A program made the translations under genes and the position numbers. Positions 54,106-64,000 of a stretch of 64,000 bases of DNA are shown here, in pieces. Position 1 is the first letter of the stretch. Each line of letters begins with the position of its first letter. The notes beneath the pieces were generated by a model. That model was not told the origin of the DNA, did no database searches, and saw only the letters and a program-made list of their open reading frames with translations. Source of the DNA: Eledone cirrhosa (lineage: Eukaryota); NCBI GenBank assembly GCA_964016885.1, contig OZ024740.1, positions 255,068,001-255,132,000 of the forward strand, in the 5' to 3' direction.

Positions 54106-54343
54106 TGAGAGATAGAGAGAGAGGGGGAAAGGGAGAGTGAAGAGGGAGAGAGGAGAGAGAGAGATGAGACCTGATAGAGCAAATTTAAGCTAAAGTCGTC
54201 CAAGCTGTAATACGTTTGTTGTTGTTATTGTAGTTATTACAATTGTTATTACTTTTGTTGTTATTGTTAATGTTTTTGTTATAGTAGTCATCGTTACTAC
54301 TGTTGTTGTTCTTGTAGTTGTTATTACTTTTGTCGTTGTAACT

Positions 54344-54414
<71 letters not shown>

Positions 54415-54783
54415 TGTTACTGTTGTTTTTGTTCTTAGTAGAATTGTTGTTATTACTTTTGTCATTATTGTTGTCCAACACCTAGGACCTCTAACTTCTC
54501 CCCACCACCCTCTACAACAGCATCCCTCCGTCTGACGTTCAATTGTTGCCGTCACCGGTCGGCCGGAACAACGAGCACACGTGTAGGGTTAATAGCAAGA
54601 ATCACTTCCGGCGTCTTGTTACTGTAGATGTAAAGGAGGGGTTAGAAAGAGATGGATTGATGGGGAGGGTGAGTGCTATTTTGAATCGTTGATTGGGTAG
54701 ATGGGTACACGTGACGAACTTATGTTTTGGGTCTTACGTTTTAAGCAGCCTGAACATTTTCCACCGAAATGTATTTTGTGAGG

Positions 54784-54817
<34 letters not shown>

Positions 54818-54962
54818 GGTGGTGTGTATATGCATATGTTATCTTGGGTCTGTGTTGTGTGTGTGAGTGTGTGTGTGTGTGAGTGAATGTGTATGTGTTA
54901 TGTGTTTGTGATGTATGTATCATACACACACATGTATATATATAAATGAATATATATATATT

Positions 54963-55031
<69 letters not shown>

Positions 55032-55164
55032 ATATGTATATATATATATATGTATGTATATATATATATATATATAGTAATAATAATAAATTTGAAGACT
55101 AAAATCCAAAGAGGGCTCGATAAGGATAAATATATATCAAATATATAAGAACCGTAGAGCAAAT

Positions 55165-55297
55165 ATTTATTAAAATAACAGATTAAAGTTTAAGCAAAGA
55201 ATCGCTGCTTTCACCCTTAGCGGGATCTTCAGAAGATCCCGCTAAGGGTGAAAGCAGCGATTCTTTGCTTAAACTTTAATCTGTTATTTTAATAAAT
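55165..55297. repeat. Perfect palindrome (66-bp arms, 1-nt centre) containing a hammerhead core
   Basis: Centre 55231; minus strand CUGAAGA-UCCC-GCUAA-GGGU-GAAA. Confidence 0.85.
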
Positions 55298-55299
55298 AA

Positions 55300-55334
<35 letters not shown>

Positions 55335-55390
55335 TGTATATATATGTATATATATGTATATATGTATATATGTATATATAAGGGGAACAA

Positions 55391-55432
55391 CCGTCTATGC
55401 ATTTCAGGCTTAACTGGCCTTCGTCATGACGG
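55391..55432 (-). ncRNA. Minimal hammerhead motif with one core mutation (C3 to A)
   Basis: CCGUC-AUGACGA-AGGC-CAGUUAA-GCCU-GAAA-UGCA-UA-GACGG. Confidence 0.7.
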
Positions 55433-55999
55433 TCCCTCCCACCGCTTGCTACTGCTGGACTAGAAAACAGTCGAGAATATATATTTTTCTCGTCTGTGTA
55501 AATGAGGTGATTAATCTCATTTGCATATGAAGCTGCATAAGTTGGCTCAACTTATATTAGAAAAAAAAAAGATTTCTTTTTATTTTCTTAAACCTTACAG
55601 AATAAATCCCCTGAAGAGAAATCCATTCCGTTAACGATGGCCATATCAATCTATTGAACAGCTTTGGATATAAGGAAATAAGGAACTCTCAGAGAAAAAT
55701 GTTCCGGTCTCTTTGGAAATAAATTTAGATTTAAATTTAATTCGAAATTTAATTCAAAAAGAAGAAAACGGAACATTTTTCTGTGAGAGTTCCTATTACT
55801 TTGAAGAAGGGAATTTTAAGTCCCGAAATATTAGGACGAAAGAAACAACAGCAACAAAAAAAAACAAAAAAACATAACAAAGATTACCAGGTAACTAACC
55901 GGTTTGTTTACTTCGTTTTGTCCTCTTTCCTTTTTTCTCTTTCTTCCTCTCTCTTCACTATTTTTTCTTTTCTTTCCTTCATGGCCTTCAACTCGAGAA

Positions 56000-56228
56000 C
56001 CACCCAACTGACTGTTTTCAAACTTTACACATGTAATACTTATGTTTCAGGGAGTGTTCTGAACAAAAACAAATTTCAAATTTTCAATGCCCTAGAGACC
56101 GCATTAGGCGATTTAGCGATCTCACTCTATAATTCTTAATCTTTCTCTTTTTAGATAGATACATACATACAACGTCGCGCCCTTATAATATCTGTCTGTA
56201 TGTCTGCATTACGTCACTTCCCTGAGGA

Positions 56229-56312
<84 letters not shown>

Positions 56313-56873
56313 TGTGAGTTTGAATCCCTAAAACTCGAGAAGTACCCAACCGATTCTTTTCAAAATTTAGATGTGTATTACTTATTTTTCAGGAAGTGTT
56401 ATGCATATAAACAAATTCAACTTTTTGATCTCCTAGGGCCCGCATTAGGTGAAAAACTGTGTTTTTTTAAGCTTTTTAGTGTTTTTTTGAGGCGTTACGT
56501 CAGACCGATTTCCTTGAAATTGTAACTATGAATTAGTCAGTGTTTTCTTCATACCGTGAGCAAAGAAAATCCAACTTTCAGCTTTTTAGGGCTTTTTGGA
56601 GACGTTACGTCTAGCCGATTTTCCCGAAATTTGAAGGCATATTATGCACATATAAAAAAATTCATTTTCTTGATGCCCTAGGGCCCGGATTAGGTGAAAA
56701 CCTGCATTTCTCCTGCTTCATCGAGGAAAATCTTAAAGATTATCCAGCCATCAGAGTATTCGGTTTATTTTCTTTACATATTGTCCAGGCATGCAGTTTT
56801 TCCACGATTAGGTCTGTTGTTGGCCCACGTTCCAAAATACCTTATCCCGTGCAACGCCGGGTACCACTGCTAG
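56000..56873 (+). mobile_element. Rearranged Helitron copy (family of 27760-28351)
   Basis: Same 3' end TTATCCCGTGCAACGCCGGGTACCACTGCTAG|T; 56010-56222 matches the internal part of the first copy. Confidence 0.75.
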
Positions 56874-57044
56874 TATATTATAAAAAGAAATGACATCTAC
56901 AGAAGTAGAACTGTTTCATTTGTATGAAACCATCATGAATGTCCTGATGATTTCATACAAATAAACAGTTCTAGTCATGTAGAAGTCATTTTTATATTTG
57001 TCCTTGTTCCGGTTATGATCGATTCAAACACACACACACACACA

Positions 57045-57095
<51 letters not shown>

Positions 57096-57509
57096 ACACA
57101 CACACACACACGCACACACACACACACGTTCATACACACTCACACACACACACAAACGCATAAACATTCAAACACATTCACACACACGCATAAACATTCA
57201 AACACATTCACACACACGCATAAACATTCAAACACACACACACACACACTCACATATATACATACGCATCATTGTTGTTGGAATCTCCGTTGCTTACACG
57301 TGAAATTTATGTGCTGAGTATTCCATAGACACGTGTACTCTTAACACAGTTGGCTGAGAAGTTAAACCAGACAGCATGTGGCACGGCTGGACTTTTGAAT
57401 TACACGTACAACACATCTTTATTTCCCAACTGAGTGGAAATAAAATGTCTTGCACAACATTTGAACCTACCACCTTACGATCATGAGCCAAACAACCTAA
57501 TCACTAAGC

Positions 57510-58445
57510 TACACCTCTTCAAACACATACACGTCTACACATACATATACATACCCGTCTACACACATACACGCACATACATATACATACCCGTCTACAC
57601 ACACACGCACATACATATACATACCCGTCTACACACACACGCACATACATATACATACCCGTCTACACACACACGCACATACATATACATACCCGTCTAC
57701 ACATACACGTCTACACATACATATACATACCCGTCTACACACACACGCACATACATATACATACCCGTCTACACACACACGCACATACATATACATACCC
57801 GTCTACACACACGCACATACATATACATACCCGTCTACACACACACGCACATACATATACATACCCGTCTACACACACACGCACATACATATACATACCC
57901 GTCTACACACACACGCACATACATATACATACACCTCTTCAAACACATACACGCACATACATATACATACACCTCTTCAAACACATACACGCACATACAT
58001 ATACATACACGTCTACACACACACGCACATACATATACATACCCGTCTACACACACACGCACATACATATACATACCCGTCTACACACACACGCACATAC
58101 ATATACATACCCGTCTACACACACACGCACATACATATACATACCCGTCTACACACACACGCACATACATATACATACCCGTCTACACACACACGCGAAC
58201 ATACATATACATACCCGTCTACACACACACGCACATACATATACATACCCGTCTACACACACACGCACATACATATACATACCCGTCTACACACACACGC
58301 ACATACATATACATACCCGTCTACACACACACGCACATACATATACATACACCTCTTCAAACACACACACGCACATACATATACATACACGTCTACACAC
58401 ACACGCACATACATATACATACCCGTCTACACACACATGCACATA
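57510..58445. repeat. 34-bp minisatellite (ACACACACACGCACATACATATACATACCCGTCT)n
   Basis: GTCT recurs at 34-bp spacing (57596, 57630, 57664...). Confidence 0.9.
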
Positions 58446-59466
58446 CACAGACTCACATACATATACATACATATCTATACACACACACAGTAACACATAC
58501 ATACGGATAGACGTACACCCAGATACATACAGATCTACACACGCATACATATATACATTCGCATAAGCATACACACATATACATATTGTTGAACAAACAC
58601 ACAGATACACTCACAGAACACACACATTCGAGATACATCGGCACATCCTGTTCTCTTTAACCGAGCTGTTTGGAAACTTCCGAAAGTATCCGACTTTGCC
58701 CGACTCTGTCCGACAAGAGTTCGTCGCTGTTAATAGCTCAGTTCATTTCACAGCAACGTTACACGGCACGTGCCATACCACGTGGCAACTTTACACCAAT
58801 AATTGCCTGTGCGGACGTTGAAATTTATTCATAGGTTTGCTTACAAGGACACAAACAGTGTGTCGCTGGCGGAGGCTGAGGCACGTGTGTTTTGATAAGT
58901 CTTCAAGAGCAGCCTTTTGACTTCTCCTAAGTTTATCTCGTCAGAAGCAAAATAACATTAAAAATAGGATAAATAGAAAATTTCACACAACTATAGCTGC
59001 GCCGCCAACCGACAAAAACAAAACACGGTAACATCAAAACGAAGAAGAAGAACTATTCTATCGGAGAGATGAAAATGAGATGTAAATAAAACAAATGAAT
59101 GAAATGAAAGAAAAGAGAGAAGACAAAAGATATAAGAAGCAAAAGAAGAAAATGGTGGGAAAAGAAGTGGAAGATAGAAGAGAGAAAAGAAGGAAAAAAC
59201 AAAACAAGAATGAGAACGGCAAGATCAGAAGAATAAGAATAAGAAAGAATAAAGTGAAAGAAGAGGTGGAGATTGAGAAGGAAGATAAAGAGTGGATGAA
59301 GTGGAGGGAAGAGGAGTGCCAGCAATAAAAATTGCAAAAGAACATACGTATATTTACATATGTATACGTCTCTCTCTCTCTTTCTCTTTCTATCTATCTA
59401 TAAACACACACATATATATGGATATATGTGTATATAAGTATATAATGTATACACATAAAATGTTAA

Positions 59467-59577
<111 letters not shown>

Positions 59578-59621
59578 GTGTGTGTGTGTGTGTGTGTGTG
59601 TATCTATCTATCTATATATAT

Positions 59622-59819
59622 ATATAACGAAGGAGTTGTGGTAAGGAACCAGATGGACCATAACGTACCAGAGTACTCAATACTTAGGGTAGTAGAGTGG
59701 GTAATAGGAAAAAGTATAAACCCGACGGCAGCGCCCAAGCCGTTTCGACGGCTATTTCTGGACATAAATAGCCGTCGAAACGGCTTGAGCTCTGCCGTCG
59801 GGGTCATACTTTTTCCTAT
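59622..59819. repeat. Fold-back repeat family, copy 3
   Basis: Homologous to 47022-47224. Confidence 0.85.
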
Positions 59820-59999
59820 ATATATTAAATATATATATATACGTATATTAAAAATATACGGTCCTTGAGCAAGACACTTTATTTCACGTTGCTCCTTCTA
59901 CCTGGAGTTGCGATCGATAATAGATAGTACTATCAATTGGAAAGACGAATGGAAATATTGTTTCCTTTGTCCGATTTGACGACATTCGATCGTTGTTTC

Positions 60000-60064
<65 letters not shown>

Positions 60065-60132
60065 AAACTTTGACGGGAACAAAAACAGAGAGGCAGTACA
60101 AATAAAAATTTATTAGGTTCACGCTCCTGAGA

Positions 60133-60235
<103 letters not shown>

Positions 60236-60239
60236 GTAT

Positions 60240-60343
<104 letters not shown>

Positions 60344-60435
60344 TGCTACTGTACGTCTGTATACATATATGTATGTACGTATACATACATACTTACATAT
60401 ATATATATATACGTATATTAAATATATATATATAT

Positions 60436-60483
<48 letters not shown>

Positions 60484-60513
60484 CGAAGGAAATGTGGTAA
60501 GGAACCAGATTGA

Positions 60514-60548
<35 letters not shown>

Positions 60549-61456
60549 AATATAAATTAGCGAGAATCGTATTTCAGCTCAGGAATTAACGAAAATCAAC
60601 ATCCGAGATGTGTGGCAAGCGCTCGATGATTCAGTGAATCAGAGCTACAACATACGTTAAGGGCCAAACACACTGAGATGATGGTTAAACATATCATCCG
60701 CACAGCCAAAACAAACGACCAAGTAATTCGGGTCAAACAATAAAAATATATGTGTTGATACTTTCCCGGACCCTGGACTGATGGTAAAATCCAGTATTGG
60801 TTTCTGCGACTCCAAAATCAGGTACTGTCCGCCTACATAAAGAATGTTGGGCTTCTGGTAAGATGATGAACAAGGAAGTCGTGTTATCAACGAGTTTTGC
60901 TCCAAGATGCTATAGATAGTGTGGCTATTACCGACCCCACGTGGAGTTCAGCAAGGGAGGCAACACCTCTATTAAGCGAATGATTCAGTTGTGTATAATA
61001 TTGCGAGAAAGCAAAATATCACAAATCGAATAAAGCTCTCGACAGAATGGTTAAATATAACAGAGCTATTCAACAGTCAATAGAAGCAACTAAAAAACTC
61101 AATAAAATTAACTGCTCAATAGCTAGACTCTGGAGATTAATATAAATATAAAATTAGCGAGAATCGTATTTCATATATATATATATATATATATATCATA
61201 AAACATGTCTATAGAATCACCAGATAAAATATATACCATTTCCTCTCCCAATTAGCATAATTAACTATATAAAAAATCGAATAGACCAGGCTATAAGAAT
61301 AAAGCTTCTATGAAGAAATCTCCAACAAATAACCGAAACTAGCCCTTCTCGTCGGCCGCGACGGAATATTTATCGAATATTTCGACAGTGTAATCGCCCA
61401 GATACAGTCAATTAAACAGAATTAGGTGTAAAATAAACTAGGAGAAAATAGAATAC

Positions 61457-61496
<40 letters not shown>

Positions 61497-61555
61497 CAAG
61501 GCTCTGATACCATCAACACCATAAACACAGAGCTGGCATATCTAAGAACTGACTA

Positions 61556-61611
61556 ACTGCCTGATGAGGTCATAGCCATTCAATGGCTATCATCGAAATA
61601 TATAGAGCAGT
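61556..61611 (+). ncRNA. Minimal hammerhead ribozyme motif
   Basis: ACUGC-CUGAUGA-GGUCAUAGCC..GGCUAUCAUC-GAAA-UAUA-UA-GAGCAGU; stem I register off by 2 nt. Confidence 0.65.
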
Positions 61612-61652
61612 AAATAAAGGATTATGAGTTCATGCAATTGACTTATGTTTCG

Positions 61653-61691
<39 letters not shown>

Positions 61692-61697
<6 letters not shown>

Positions 61698-61885
61698 ATG
61701 TATGACGCCGACGGCAGTGCTCAAGCCGTTTCGACGGCTATTTATGGACTCCAGAAATAGTCGCCGAAACGGCTTGAGCTCTGCCGTCGGGGTCATACAT
61801 TTTCCTATTACCCACTCTACTACCCTAAGTATTGAGTACTCTGGAACGTTATGATCCATCTGGTTCCTTACAACTCCTTCGTTAT
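61692..61885. repeat. Fold-back repeat family, copy 4
   Basis: Homologous to 42034-42228. Confidence 0.85.
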
Positions 61886-62100
61886 GTATATATATATACG
61901 TATATTAAATATATATATATATATATATGTAGATAAATCTACCAAGAGTTTACGGTAGTGTCTTACGGTAGTGAATATGCATGCCAATTCTAACACATAT
62001 ATATCCTAGAAACGATCGTTAAATAATGAACTTTTTTTGTTTAATATAAGGAATTGTTTATTCATTATTTGTTTAATATTTTATATATATATATATATAT

Positions 62101-63079
62101 TATGAAGAGAGAAGAAACATTTAGATATAATTAGTAATAAAATGTATCATACCTAAACTGCTTCTAAATTCCTCGACTACGTAGTTTCGTGGCATAAACA
62201 AAAACAATATATCATAAAGATATAGAGTACTTGCGAGGTCTGCCGACTTATCAAGAGGATACCTCATTTTACTAGTCTCAAGAACGCGTCTACACGACGT
62301 GAGAAAGAATCCCAAAAGGCGGAGGGGGAGATAGTCACGCGATATAACGGTCGAGAAACAGAGCTAAGCCTCTTATAACCCCGAAGAAAATACCACGGAG
62401 GCGGAGGGGGCATTTATATCGAGGCCGTAGAAGAGGTGGTATAGGAGGCGAGAAGTATGAGTAATGGAAGCTTTCCAGCTGTCCTCACACTTCAAAGATT
62501 GCTCGACCAGAGGGAGTTATTAACAATATATTTAGAAACACACAGATACATGCGGACACACACATATATACATGAATGCATCCGCACCCAACTGTGAGTT
62601 AAGGGTGCCAACTTCACCGATGTTGCTCAATGAATGACTGGGACAGACCTATCCAATTGAACTAGACTGAACCAGTATCAGAGTTAAAAATACATTATGA
62701 AGAGAGAAGAAACATTTAGATATAATTAGTAATAAAATGTATCATACCTAAACTGCTTCTAAATTCCTCGACTACGTAGTTTCGTGGCATAAACAAAAAC
62801 AATATATCATAAAGATATAGAGTACTTGCGAGGTCTGCCGACTTATCAAGAGGATACCTCATTTTACTAGTCTCAAGAACGCGTCTACACGACGTGAGAA
62901 AGAATCCCAAAAGGCGGAGGGGGAGATAGTCACGCGATATAACGGTCGAGAAACAGAGCTAAGCCACCGATGTTGCTCATTCATTGAGCAACATCGGTGA
63001 AGTTGGCACCCTTAACTCACAGTTGGGTGCGGATGCATTCATGTATATATGTGTGTGTCCGCATGTATCTGTGTGTTTC

Positions 63080-63087
<8 letters not shown>
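62101..63087. repeat. Composite direct and inverted repeat (pLTR-like)
   Basis: ~270-bp direct repeats 62101-62370 and 62696-62965; inverted 62529-62630 versus 62982-63087. Confidence 0.8.
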
Positions 63088-63143
<56 letters not shown>

Positions 63144-63147
63144 TGTA

Positions 63148-63978
63148 TACATGCACATGTATATATATATGTACGCATGGATTTGCCGAACATTTATTAT
63201 AATGTTCGGTTTGTTTGTAAACAAACATCCCGAATTAAGCCGTACAGTGTTTAGCAACCATCGTTTCCCTTTTGTTCAACACTGACAAAGGAACGATGTA
63301 CTAGTTTCAAGCTTATTAGCTATCGTCAGCAACGTATACTTTCCTGCCAGATGATTGAACGTCTGAAAGTATATACTTTCCTTATGCATATTAACGGCTG
63401 AGCAGCCTAATTTGCATTTCGAGTGAGTTAATCGGCCGGGCGAAAACACTGTACGGCTTAATTCGGGATGTTTGTTTACAAAGAAATCGAAGATTATAAT
63501 AAATGTTCGGTAAATCCATACGTACATATATATACGTGTGCATGTATGTATATATATACATACTACTGTACTTCTGTATACATATATGTATGTACGTATA
63601 CATTCTTATATTTAAGTAACAGCCGTACTAAGAGTGAGAAATGAAATTTCGTTTCATTTTTTCCATTTATCGTTTTCGGTGCGCCCGGCCGATTAACTCA
63701 CTCAATATACAAATTAGGCTGCTCAGCCGTTAATATGCATAAGGAAAGTATATACTTTCAGACGTTCAATCATCTGGCAGGAACGTATACGGTGCTGACG
63801 ATAGCTAATAAGCTTGAAACTAGTACAGCGTTCCTTTGTCAGTGTTGAACAAAAGGGCAACGATGGTTGCTAAACATTATACGGCTTAATTCGGGATGTT
63901 TGTTTACAAACAAACCGAATATTATAATAAATGTTCGGCAAATCCATGCGTACATATATATATATACATGTGCATGTA
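63148..63978. mobile_element. Inverted Penelope-type pLTR pair, each arm with a hammerhead motif (63294-63334 minus; 63790-63830 plus)
   Basis: ~295-bp arms; core CUGACGA-UAGCU-AAUA-AGCUU-GAAA-CUAG-UA; partial third copy 63448-63600. Confidence 0.78.
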
Positions 63979-64000
63979 TGTATATATATACATCCTACTG

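Noticed and set aside
57434-58510. 358-aa ORF, or a CRISPR-like array
   Set aside because: A 34-bp tandem minisatellite with no unique spacers that lacks stops in this frame.
59053-59345. Lys/Glu-rich and Phe/Leu-rich ORFs
   Set aside because: Purine-rich low-complexity tract with no domain evidence.
63340-63385. Second, opposite-polarity hammerhead in the terminal repeat
   Set aside because: Both arms read CAGAUGA, not CUGAUGA, and stem II is weak.

Overview
Eukaryotic, animal, repeat-saturated DNA; the SINE families and microsatellite density suggest an octopus/cephalopod (inference). No host gene is securely identifiable. Bases 1-33,070 are an almost continuous array of degenerate Tx1-clade (L1 group) non-LTR retrotransposons from at least three subfamilies. 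ORF1 has a CCHC knuckle; ORF2 has APE, RT and a C-terminal Cys/His motif. The copies lie head-to-tail and most junctions are (ATT)n tracts. The array also holds one R4/Dong-like RLE element, a Helitron and tRNA-derived SINEs whose last ~35 nt resemble the Tx1 3' end. One Tx1 copy has its whole 5' half inverted (twin-priming geometry), and all five ORF1/ORF2 junctions carry a splice-donor motif plus a pyrimidine tract. Bases 33,070-64,000 are AT-rich and (TA)n-rich. They contain non-autonomous Helitrons, MITEs, SINEs, CR1, CRE, Gypsy and Naiad-Penelope fragments, a tRNA-like unit, and many short Penelope-type repeats with minimal hammerhead ribozyme motifs, often folded back into palindromes centred on the ribozyme. 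All alignments and folds were done by eye.
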